NCBI GenBank assembly: GCA_016930185.1
Contig: JAFGHK010000059.1
Location: 9,251-73,250, forward strand
Length of the DNA: 64,000 bases
Source: Dehalococcoidales bacterium
Lineage (GTDB): Bacteria; Chloroflexota; Dehalococcoidia; Dehalococcoidales; RBG-16-60-22
Reading direction: 5' to 3'
Position numbers and translations under genes: made by a program. Positions 44,387 to 53,454 of this stretch are shown one piece after another (the stretch's first letter is position 1; each line of letters begins with the position of its first letter). The notes beneath the pieces are model-generated. The model was not told the origin of the DNA. It ran no database searches and saw only the letters and a list, made by a program, of their open reading frames with translations.

Positions 44387-45451
44387 ATGCGTAGGTTCAT
44401 CAGAAAAAGGTCAGATAAGGCGGGTCTTTCACCCGGAACAGCTATTTTTGTCGGTGAAAAAAAGGTAGACAAAGTTACTATCGAAATAATGGACTATGAT
44501 GAAACACAGATTACGGAAACGGAAGCCGCTAATATCGAGGAGTGTTTTCCGTTTAAAGACCAGCCGACCGTTACATGGATAAACATCGACGGGCTGCATG
44601 AAGTAGATATTATAGATAAGTTGGGCCATCATTTCGGTCTCCATCCCCTCCTAATTGAAGACATACTGAATACGGAACAGCGCCCTAAAATGGAAGAAAC
44701 AGAAAATTATATATTTTTTGTTCTTAAAATGATACAAATCAATGAAGACGACCACCAGATAACGACGGAGCAGGTTAGTGTAGTGCTCGGATCTAATTTC
44801 GTTATTTCTCTCCAGGAGCGCAAGGGTGATGTATTCGAGCCCGTAAGAGAAAGAATCAGAAAGAGCAAGTGGCGTATAAGAAAACTCGGCAGTGATTACC
44901 TTGCCTATGCTTTATTGGATGCTATCGTAGATAATTATTTTATAGTACTTGAAAATATCGGCGAACAAATTGAGGACACGGAACAGCAGCTTACGGATAA
45001 TCCAACTCGCGAGGTACTTAGCCGCATCCGTAATTTAAAGAAAGACATGATTTACCTAAGAAAATCAATCTGGCCTTTGAGGGAATTGATCAGTGGTATT
45101 CAACGTATAGAGTCATCTCTTATTCAAGAGTCTACGGGAGTTTATTTCAAAGACGTCTACGACCACACGATACAGATTATAGATACCGTCGAGAGCTACA
45201 GGGACACGATTTCCGGCATGCTGGATATTTATCTATCCAGTATAAGCAACAAAATGAACGAAGTCATGAAAGTGCTGACTATTTTTGCTTCTATCTTTAT
45301 ACCGCTGACGTTTGTAGCGGGTATCTACGGCATGAACTTTGAAAATATGCCGGAACTGAAATGGGGGTGGGGGTATTTCGGGCTTTTAGGTATTATGTTG
45401 GTTATCGTGATAGTCTTGTTTATCTACTTTAGAAGGAAAAAATGGCTTTAG
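44387..45451 (+). CDS. corA: magnesium/cobalt transporter CorA
   Basis: YGMNFENMPEL signature between two C-terminal TM helices. Confidence 0.93.
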   Translation: MRRFIRKRSDKAGLSPGTAIFVGEKKVDKVTIEIMDYDETQITETEAANIEECFPFKDQPTVTWINIDGLHEVDIIDKLGHHFGLHPLLIEDILNTEQRPKMEETENYIFFVLKMIQINEDDHQITTEQVSVVLGSNFVISLQERKGDVFEPVRERIRKSKWRIRKLGSDYLAYALLDAIVDNYFIVLENIGEQIEDTEQQLTDNPTREVLSRIRNLKKDMIYLRKSIWPLRELISGIQRIESSLIQESTGVYFKDVYDHTIQIIDTVESYRDTISGMLDIYLSSISNKMNEVMKVLTIFASIFIPLTFVAGIYGMNFENMPELKWGWGYFGLLGIMLVIVIVLFIYFRRKKWL

Positions 45452-45573
45452 TGTTTACTGTAAAAGAAAAAGGGAGTAAAAACATAATTTTATCGTCTGG
45501 AAGTTATATAATTATAAAAAGTGGAACGAGTTTAATTTCAGGGCACTATGTCCCTTAAGCTGGAGGTCTCCAT

Positions 45574-46137
45574 ATGGACGAAGATAGAATAATACCCGGA
45601 GATGGAAAATCGGTCACGGTGGTAGTCAGTCGTGTTGTAAAACCGGGCCATGACCGCGAGTATGATGAGTGGGTTAAAAAGTTATCGGAAGCCGCCAGGC
45701 AATCGCCGGGCAATACCGGTGTTACCGTCCTTATTCCGCCTTCCGGCAAGACCGGACTGCACCATGTGGTCATGCGTTTCGCCGACGAAAAGTCCATGCA
45801 CATCTGGGAGACTTCATATATACGACAAAAGCTGTCTAATGAGGCTGATGCCTTCTCCCGACGGAGCCGCCAGGAAGCTACCGGACTTGAAACATGGTTT
45901 TCCATACCGGACTGCCCGGAACTGGAAACGCCGCCGCACTGGAAAATGGCTATTGTCACCTTTTTTGCGGTATTTGTGCTTTCTATTGTAATTTTACAAC
46001 TGCTGAAATTAGCCTTTAAGGATATGAATTTCTATCTGGAAAGCACAATAGTGGCCGCTCTGCTGGTGGGTCTTTTAACCTGGGTGGTGATGCCTTTCTT
46101 GAGCCAGCGCGTCTTTAGAAAGTGGCTGTATAAGTAA
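45574..46137 (+). CDS. ABM (antibiotic biosynthesis monooxygenase)-like domain protein with C-terminal TM helices
   Basis: The N-terminal ~100 aa are ferredoxin-like ABM-type (VTVVVSRVVKPGHDREYDEWV). PPHWKMAIVTFF then leads into 2-3 TM helices. Confidence 0.55.
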   Translation: MDEDRIIPGDGKSVTVVVSRVVKPGHDREYDEWVKKLSEAARQSPGNTGVTVLIPPSGKTGLHHVVMRFADEKSMHIWETSYIRQKLSNEADAFSRRSRQEATGLETWFSIPDCPELETPPHWKMAIVTFFAVFVLSIVILQLLKLAFKDMNFYLESTIVAALLVGLLTWVVMPFLSQRVFRKWLYK

Positions 46138-46191
46138 GAAAAACGGATTATAGCCAATTAGTTTTGATTATTTCTAGAGTTTTAACAGGTT

Positions 46192-47343
46192 ATGGTAAAA
46201 GAGCCTAATCAGCCAATCCTCCATGATGTCCGCATCCTTGATTTTACATGGGCGCTGGCGGGGCCTTATGCTACGCGGCTATTAGCGGACTTCGGGGCGG
46301 AGGTAATCAAGGTGCAGTCGCCGCTGATGGAGAATCCTGATGATTCCTTGATGCAGGGGTACTATAACACCTGGAACCGCAGCAAGCTGGCGATTACACT
46401 GAACATGAATAAACCGGAGGGCGTAGCGCTGGCAAAAAGACTGGCGGGCATATGCGACGCGGTGGTGGAGAATTTTACGCCTCGTGTAATGGCCAACTGG
46501 GGGCTCGACTACGAAAACCTGAAAAAGGTTAAGCCGGACATCATCATGGTAAGCATGTCCGTGATGGGTGGAAAAAGCCCTCTTAGTTATTATTCGGGAT
46601 ACGGTCCGACGGTACATGCTTTATCCGGCATGGTACGGCTGACATCCTTTCCGGGCCGGCCGCCGATAGGGCCGGGTTTCTCTTATGCCGACCACGTAGC
46701 CGGGTTGTATGCGTCGATAGCCCTGCTGGGGGCGCTGGAAGAGCGGCGAAAAACGGGTAAAGGGCGGCATGTAGATATTTCCGAGCTTGATGTAATGGCA
46801 GGTCTGCTGGAGGGGGCTGCTCAAGAGCCGGTGGGTAACGACTCTTTAATCGCGGCGCCGCACAATGTTTATCGCTGCAAGGGGAAGAACCGTTGGTGTG
46901 CTATCGCTGTATTTACGGAGGAGGAGTGGCGGGGACTTAAGCAGGCGCTGGGAAACCCGTCCTGGGCGGAGGATGGGAAATTTGCCACTGTTTCCGGCAG
47001 GCGGAAAAATAAAAAGGAGTTGGACAGGCTATTATCGGGCTGGACGCAAAAACATACTGCCGAAGCAGTGATGTCATTACTGCAAAAGAACGGCGTAGCG
47101 GCTGGTATCGTGCAGGATGCCTCCGAGCTGGCTAAAGACCCGCAATTAAGGGTGCGGGGGTTCTTTATCGAGGATGCCAGGACGCCGTTAATTGACGCCT
47201 CGCCAATCAGGATGTCGGTGTCGGCAGCGGAGTACGGGCTATCAGCCCCGGAGCCGGGGCGGGATAACGACTACGTTTACGGGGAGCTGCTGGGCATAAG
47301 CCGCCGGGACATAGCGGAGCTTAAAAAACAGGGAGTTATATAG
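46192..47343 (+). CDS. family III CoA-transferase (CaiB/BaiF type), full length
   Basis: ILDFTWALAGPYATRLLADFGAEVIKV, FSYADHVAGLYA (catalytic Asp context), and a complete C-terminal domain. Confidence 0.85.
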   Translation: MVKEPNQPILHDVRILDFTWALAGPYATRLLADFGAEVIKVQSPLMENPDDSLMQGYYNTWNRSKLAITLNMNKPEGVALAKRLAGICDAVVENFTPRVMANWGLDYENLKKVKPDIIMVSMSVMGGKSPLSYYSGYGPTVHALSGMVRLTSFPGRPPIGPGFSYADHVAGLYASIALLGALEERRKTGKGRHVDISELDVMAGLLEGAAQEPVGNDSLIAAPHNVYRCKGKNRWCAIAVFTEEEWRGLKQALGNPSWAEDGKFATVSGRRKNKKELDRLLSGWTQKHTAEAVMSLLQKNGVAAGIVQDASELAKDPQLRVRGFFIEDARTPLIDASPIRMSVSAAEYGLSAPEPGRDNDYVYGELLGISRRDIAELKKQGVI

Positions 47344-47425
47344 TCCGGACGAGTATCTGTTATTGACGTCGGAATTGGTTGGTGATTAGAATAACAGGGA
47401 GTAAGGGCAGGAGAGAGAAATTATT

Positions 47426-47899
47426 ATGAAATATGTCTGGGCGCCGTGGCGAATCGAGTATATCAAGGCGGAAAAACCGGCCGGCTGTATCTTCTGTGAA
47501 AAGCCGAAAGAAAGTAAAGATAAAAAAAATTATATCCTTTATCGGGGCATAAAGAACTTTATCATGCTGAACAGCTATCCCTATAATCCCGGCCATATTT
47601 TAGTAGCCCCTTATCGACACACGGGGAACCTGGAGGAGCTTACGGAGGAGGAGCGCAGCGAGCATTACGAATTGGTAAGTCGGAGTGTCGCGGTGCTAAA
47701 AAAGGTCTTGAAACCCGCCGGTTTTAATATCGGGGCGAACTTGGGTAGGGTGGCAGGTGCGGGTATAGAAGACCATTTTCACAGTCATGTAGTGCCGCGG
47801 TGGCAGGGCGATAACAATTTTATGCCGGTGCTGGGGGATGCCAAGGTAATACCGCAGGCACTAGCGGACACCTATGATACACTCGCGGATTATTTTTAG
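47426..47899 (+). CDS. HIT family nucleotide hydrolase/transferase
   Basis: WAPWRIEYI N-terminus and histidine triad HFHSHVVPR. Confidence 0.85.
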   Translation: MKYVWAPWRIEYIKAEKPAGCIFCEKPKESKDKKNYILYRGIKNFIMLNSYPYNPGHILVAPYRHTGNLEELTEEERSEHYELVSRSVAVLKKVLKPAGFNIGANLGRVAGAGIEDHFHSHVVPRWQGDNNFMPVLGDAKVIPQALADTYDTLADYF

Positions 47900-50280
47900 C
47901 TGCGGACCGTGTGTTTCTTAGTGTGAGAAGTGCCGGCATTATATCTTTCGGATACTATTTCCAGCGGCAGGGTGAAGAAACAGCGTGTCCCGACACCCTC
48001 CTCGCTCTCAATCCAGATTTTACCCCCATGGGATTCAATCAGTCCTTTGCAGATGGATAATCCAAGACCGGCGCCGGCAACGCCTAATTTTTGACCTCGT
48101 GGAGAATGGAACATGCGCTGGAATAACTGCGGCATGTCGCTTTTAGGTATGCCTGTTCCATGGTCGATTATGGTAAAAAGTAGTTCGCCATCGATTTTCT
48201 GTACGGAAAGAGATATTTCCGTGCCGGGGTCGGAATACTTGACGGCATTATCGATAATGTTATCCAGAACCTGCCGAATACGCCGGCTATCGATGTTAAT
48301 TTTAGGTAGTCTAGGCGGCAGGTCCGATTTGAAAATATGTTCCGGGGCTCTGACAAGGGCTTCGCTGATAACGGTCTGGCAGAGAGTAATAATATCAGCC
48401 GGTACTTTTTTAATTGAAAGCATACCGACACCCAGGCGGGACATCTCCAGCAGCTGCTCGATTAGTTCCACCAGGCGGTCGGCGTTTTTATCGATTGTCT
48501 CTAGATATTCCCGTTTTTCAGCTGGCGTGAGTCTTTTATCATAGTCTATGAGCATGGTGGCAAAGCCTTTTATGCTGGCAAGCGGAGTGCGGAGTTCATG
48601 GGAAACATTAGCCAGGAGTTCCGCGCGCAGTCTGTCCAGCTGTTTTAAATTTTCTACTTCGAGCGCTTTTACCTCCATTCGTTTATAATCGGTAATATCA
48701 ACCGTAACGGCCAGCACGCAGGTTTCACCGTCAAGCTCAATCTGGTCGGCAGACCAGAGCATGTTACGTATTTCACCGGATTTAGTACGATAGCGGAATT
48801 CTTTATTACTAACCCGTCCATACTTTTTTAGGTGACTGACCATATCTTTACGGTCATCCCGGTTAACCCAGACATCCAGTTCGCTGGAACTGCGGCCAAT
48901 TACTTCTTCACGTGAATAACCCAAAACCCGGCAAAAACTTTCATTTATCTCCTTGAAGACCCCGTCTGAAAGTCTGGTAATACTGATTACCTGCGGGCTG
49001 GCGCGGAAAGCCTTAGCAAATTTTTCCTCCGACTCCTGAAGGGCTTGTTCTATCTGTTTACGTTCAGTAATATCATTACCAACGGTGAGCATACAGGGTC
49101 TACCGCCGAGATTAATCACATCCGCCGATAGTAAAACGGTCCGTATCTCGTGTGATTTATTTCGTAATATGAATTCTTCATTTTCAAAATGGCCCCTCTT
49201 TTCCAGTAACTGCTTCATGCGATAGCGGTCCCCAGGGTTTACCCAGAAATTCAATTCTTTAGAGGTATGGCCTATGGTTTCTTCGCGGGAATAACCGATA
49301 ATGGAGACAAAACTATCGTTGACTTCCAGGAATATACCGCCTTTCAGAGTGGCGATGGAGACAGCCTCGGGTATAGAGCGGAAAGCCTTGGAGAATTTTT
49401 CTTCGGAATCGCGTAAGGCTTGTTCTATTTTCTTAATCTCGGTGACATCTGTGGAAGAGGAAATGACGCATTCTTCGCCGCCGATGTTGATTTTCTCTGC
49501 GGAGAATAACAGTATTTGTATGTCGCCGTTTTTGGCGTAAAATTGTAGCTCTTCATTGTACACCCGCCCTTTTTTTTCAAGCGTTTTCATTACTCTTTTA
49601 CGGTCGTTATCATCTGCCCACATTTTAAGCTCTACTGATTTATTACCGATTAGCTCATCGTGGGTGTATCCTGTCATGCGGCTAAGACTGTCATTAGCCT
49701 CAATGAATCTTCCTTCTTTGATAGTGGTGATACTGATTGCCTGGGGACTGGAGCGGAAAGCTACGGCGAGTTTGTTTTCGGACTCTCTTAAAGCCTGCTC
49801 CACTTTACGGAGCTCGGTAACATCGGTAGCAACGGCAATCATACAGGGGTCGTTATCAATGCTAATTATTTCCGCCGAACAGAGCCACGTTCGGATTTCA
49901 CCGGACCTGATGCGGAAGTGATATTCTTTATTTTTCAGGCCGCCGGTTTCCTGTAAAATGCGCATCATGCTCACCTGTTCTTCGGGGTTGACGAAGAGCT
50001 TAAAATCATCGACGGTATGCCCGATAAGCTCATCGCGACTATAACCGGTGTTGCGGACAAAACTGTCATTGACCTCTATATATTTGCCGTCCTTTATAGA
50101 GGAAATGATAATCATGTCCGGGCTGGAAAGGAAGGCTTTATAGAACTTCTCCTCCGACTGGTTCAATTCATGGTCGGCCTTTTTACGCTCGACTTCAGCG
50201 GCGGCGAGTATTTCGAGTTGCCGGCGGGATTCCTGCAGTTCGCTGATGAGTTGCTTGCGGGTTTTTTGCGAATCTCTCAT
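47896..50280 (-). CDS. cytoplasmic sensor histidine kinase with about five tandem PAS domains
   Basis: Repeated ~125-aa PAS units (..SPDMIIISS.., ..SPQAISITT.., ..IPEAVSIAT.., ..SPQVISITR..). H-box SHELRTPL, and N/G boxes DNAVKYS, DHGTGIP, GAGLGLSI. No adjacent response regulator. Confidence 0.9.
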   Translation of the reverse strand: MRDSQKTRKQLISELQESRRQLEILAAAEVERKKADHELNQSEEKFYKAFLSSPDMIIISSIKDGKYIEVNDSFVRNTGYSRDELIGHTVDDFKLFVNPEEQVSMMRILQETGGLKNKEYHFRIRSGEIRTWLCSAEIISIDNDPCMIAVATDVTELRKVEQALRESENKLAVAFRSSPQAISITTIKEGRFIEANDSLSRMTGYTHDELIGNKSVELKMWADDNDRKRVMKTLEKKGRVYNEELQFYAKNGDIQILLFSAEKINIGGEECVISSSTDVTEIKKIEQALRDSEEKFSKAFRSIPEAVSIATLKGGIFLEVNDSFVSIIGYSREETIGHTSKELNFWVNPGDRYRMKQLLEKRGHFENEEFILRNKSHEIRTVLLSADVINLGGRPCMLTVGNDITERKQIEQALQESEEKFAKAFRASPQVISITRLSDGVFKEINESFCRVLGYSREEVIGRSSSELDVWVNRDDRKDMVSHLKKYGRVSNKEFRYRTKSGEIRNMLWSADQIELDGETCVLAVTVDITDYKRMEVKALEVENLKQLDRLRAELLANVSHELRTPLASIKGFATMLIDYDKRLTPAEKREYLETIDKNADRLVELIEQLLEMSRLGVGMLSIKKVPADIITLCQTVISEALVRAPEHIFKSDLPPRLPKINIDSRRIRQVLDNIIDNAVKYSDPGTEISLSVQKIDGELLFTIIDHGTGIPKSDMPQLFQRMFHSPRGQKLGVAGAGLGLSICKGLIESHGGKIWIESEEGVGTRCFFTLPLEIVSERYNAGTSHTKKHTVRS

Positions 50281-50669
50281 GATATTATATTTATATTTCT
50301 TCTATTAGTATTATAGTTCAAATATAGTTAAAAGAATGTTAAATATCCATTAAATTATTCGTTATTGATAATTACTAGCATGTGGTTTGGCGTATGTCAA
50401 GGTGCAAGAGTAAGAAAGAAAAAAACCGGAATCCCCCTTTGGTCATGCTTACATTAAAATTTTAGCCTAATCGTTTCATGGGTTGGAGTCGGTAATCATG
50501 AGGTAATAATGGAATTTCATCCCTGACAGCGCACCTATTATAGTCCACTGGATGTACTATCTTCAAACGGCGTAACACTGGCGGTCTAAACTTGAAGTTT
50601 CAAGCCTGCGGTGACATAATGCTCAAGATAACCATTTTCAAGGTGAAAATTGCTATGGAGCTTTTTTAA

Positions 50670-52031
50670 GTGGAGACCGTTGCGCAGGTCATTGCATTCG
50701 TAGGTATCCTGGTGTTCCTCGCGCACCTGTTTACCAGTATCTTCAGCCGGACAAGGATACCGGATGTCCTCTTGTTAATCATCATTGGCGTCTGTGTGGG
50801 GCCGGTGCTGGGGCTGGTGACGCCGACGGAATTTGGCTCGATAGGGCCGGTCTTCACAACGATTACGCTAATCATCATTCTTTTTGAAAGCGGCATCGCT
50901 TTAAAGCTAAGCATGTTGCGTTCCGCGCTGGGCGGGGCGATGATACTGGCTCCCTTGAGCTTTTTCCTGACGATGTTTGTAGTGTCCGGACTGGCTATCT
51001 GGGCGACGGACCTGGAGGTCCTGCCGGCATTTATCCTCGGGGCGGTGGTTGGCTCTACATCCGAGACGGTGGTGATACCACTCGTGAGGCAGCTCAAGGT
51101 GAAAGAAGAAACGCAGACGTTGCTTTCGGTGGAATCTACCGTCAACGACGTATTAAGCATCGTCATAACAGTGGCACTGGTTCAGGCCTATACTGCTGGA
51201 ACTTTCGAATTTGCATCCGTTTCGGGCAAGCTGATAGCCTCCTTCCTCGTAGCCCTGGTATTCGGCATCGTCGGCGCGCTTATATGGTCGGTCCTGCTGA
51301 ACAAGATACGCATTCTTAAAAACGCCATATTTACCACGCCGGCATTCGTTTTCATTATCTACGGCGTGGTGGAAATCCTGGGTTTCAGCGGGCCTATCGC
51401 CGCACTGGCTTTCGGAGTGACGATAGGCAATATCGAGTCGATTCACATCCCCATCTTCAAGACATCTTCGATGAAGGAGCCGGTGGGGCTTAGTGAGACG
51501 GAGAAAGTATTCTTCAGCGAGGTGGCCTTCCTGCTAAAGACGTTCTTTTTCATCTATCTGGGGATTTCCCTGGAGCTTATCACCAGCTGGTTTATCATCG
51601 TGGCGCTGATATTTACCGTAGTGGCGTTTGCTTTACGCATACCTGCGGTAAAAACATCTATCAGGAAAGCCATGCCCCAGAAAGACCTCTCTGTAATAGC
51701 GGTGATGGTACCTAAAGGGCTGGCCGCTGTGGTACTGGCCAGCCTGCCGGTACAACAGGGGGTAGTCGGTGGTGATACAATAAAGAGTATAACCTACGGC
51801 ATTATTGTCTTTAGCATCATCTTCACCTCCATACTAGTGCTGCTGTTGGAGAAGACGCCTCTGCCAAAGCTATATGCCAGGATTCTCACGCCGGAGTGGC
51901 CGTGGTTCAGAAGGAAACAAGTGAAGCAGGGGGTAGTGGAAGGGGTAGTTGAAGAGAAAGCGCCCGAACCAGCGCCGAAAAACAAGGTGAGGAGAAGCAC
52001 GAGAAAAACACCGACAAGAGATAAAAAATAA
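50670..52031 (+). CDS. cation:proton antiporter (Na+/H+ exchanger, CPA1-like)
   Basis: About 12 TM helices, with a GTG start 9 nt after GGAG. Lys/Arg-rich cytoplasmic tail. Confidence 0.8.
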   Translation: METVAQVIAFVGILVFLAHLFTSIFSRTRIPDVLLLIIIGVCVGPVLGLVTPTEFGSIGPVFTTITLIIILFESGIALKLSMLRSALGGAMILAPLSFFLTMFVVSGLAIWATDLEVLPAFILGAVVGSTSETVVIPLVRQLKVKEETQTLLSVESTVNDVLSIVITVALVQAYTAGTFEFASVSGKLIASFLVALVFGIVGALIWSVLLNKIRILKNAIFTTPAFVFIIYGVVEILGFSGPIAALAFGVTIGNIESIHIPIFKTSSMKEPVGLSETEKVFFSEVAFLLKTFFFIYLGISLELITSWFIIVALIFTVVAFALRIPAVKTSIRKAMPQKDLSVIAVMVPKGLAAVVLASLPVQQGVVGGDTIKSITYGIIVFSIIFTSILVLLLEKTPLPKLYARILTPEWPWFRRKQVKQGVVEGVVEEKAPEPAPKNKVRRSTRKTPTRDKK

Positions 52032-52079
52032 TTCTGCCGTAAATGTGTTTTAGAAAATACCAAGGAGGGACGGTTTTTA

Positions 52080-52766
52080 ATGGATATAACCCAGGCCATC
52101 AAGGAAAGAAAAAGCATACGGGCTTTCAAGCCCGACCCCGTGAAGCTGGAATTACTTAAAAAGATAATCAAGCAGGCGCAGAGGGCGCCGTCATGGGCGA
52201 ATACCCAGCCCTGGGAATTCGCCGTTGTTACCGGTAAGAAACTCAAAGTTATTCAGGAGGCTTGTGTTCAGCGGGGTGCGCAGGACATGCAGAATTCACA
52301 GTCGGAAGTTGCCCGTCCTTATGATTTCCCGGAACCCTATATTTCCCGCATTAAGAAGTTACAGGCCAGCGAAAGCCGGGGCCGCACCCGTGAAATGACC
52401 AAAGAGGATTTTGAAGCCCGCTTTGCGGATAACGCCCGTCATTACGGCGCGCCGGCGTGTATCTACCTGCTGGTAGGGAAAAATTTTATCTATCAGGATG
52501 AGGGTGTTAATGCCTGGTCTATGTACGACTGCGGTTCTGTTGTCCAGAACATCATGCTGCTGGCGGTTAACTATGGACTGGGGACAATCGCCCAGGCGAT
52601 GGCGGTCGTCTATCCCGATATCATAAGGAAAGAGCTGGGAATCCCGGAGGACAAGCTCATCGCGCTGGGTATCGCCATAGGCTACCCGGACTGGGATGCC
52701 CCGATTAACAAAGGCACCAGGGATAGAGAACCGCTGGACGAGATAGCCAAATTCTACGGGTTTTAG
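52080..52766 (+). CDS. nitroreductase family protein
   Basis: AIKERKSIRAF and APSWANTQPWEF motifs. Confidence 0.85.
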   Translation: MDITQAIKERKSIRAFKPDPVKLELLKKIIKQAQRAPSWANTQPWEFAVVTGKKLKVIQEACVQRGAQDMQNSQSEVARPYDFPEPYISRIKKLQASESRGRTREMTKEDFEARFADNARHYGAPACIYLLVGKNFIYQDEGVNAWSMYDCGSVVQNIMLLAVNYGLGTIAQAMAVVYPDIIRKELGIPEDKLIALGIAIGYPDWDAPINKGTRDREPLDEIAKFYGF

Positions 52767-52977
52767 CCAATACCGACGGCTATAAAAAAACACACTATAT
52801 ACACATAAGCGCTCTTTTTAATACAGGGCGGCGCCGGTTCTGCGGAACAACCAATGACGGTAAAATCGTTTTTTTTACAATACCTTAATGTTTACCACGT
52901 TATCACGACGCTGCCCCCCCGAGCTTGAAAGAAAACGGGTTTATGATACTATTAGGTATGAAAGGAATAGATACGAA

Positions 52978-53433
52978 ATGGCAGAACTGAAGACAGGTAA
53001 ATATATAATAACCAATGTCAAAGCGGACAAGTTATTCCCCGGTGAGAAGAAGTGGGCGGGTAGGGTTCCGGGTAAAGGACCGAATATGCCCACGCATGTA
53101 ATGTGGCTGGACGAAGATGTTATCCCCGGGGCTTTCTATTCGGAGTGCGTTTGGATATGGCCGGAGTGTTCCTCTGATGAACCGGCGGCCGAGGAACATA
53201 TCCACGATTTTACGGAGGTGGTGACCTTTTTCGGTACCGACTTTGAACATCCGCAGGAACTGTGCGGTGAGGTGGAACTCTGGCTCGACGGTGAAAAGCA
53301 TGTCATGACTAGGAGTTTTCTGGCTTACATACCGGCGGGTATGAAGCACTGTCCGCTTATCGTGCGTAAGGTGAAAAAACCGATATTCCATTTTACGGTG
53401 GGGTTGGGGGGAGATTACGTTCGCGGTAAATAG
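52978..53433 (+). CDS. hypothetical protein, possibly cupin-fold
   Basis: EEHIHDFTEVVTFFG...GEVELWLDGEKH...IPAGMKHCP resembles a cupin metal motif. I prefer the ATG at 52978 (MAELK) over 52888. Confidence 0.5.
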   Translation: MAELKTGKYIITNVKADKLFPGEKKWAGRVPGKGPNMPTHVMWLDEDVIPGAFYSECVWIWPECSSDEPAAEEHIHDFTEVVTFFGTDFEHPQELCGEVELWLDGEKHVMTRSFLAYIPAGMKHCPLIVRKVKKPIFHFTVGLGGDYVRGK

Positions 53434-53454
53434 ATAATGGTATTCTATACTGTT

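Noticed and set aside
50655-50669. Four-codon uORF (ATG GAG CTT TTT TAA) abutting the antiporter GTG
   Set aside because: The GGAG inside it is better read as the Shine-Dalgarno for the GTG at 50670. There is no separate SD for the ATG.
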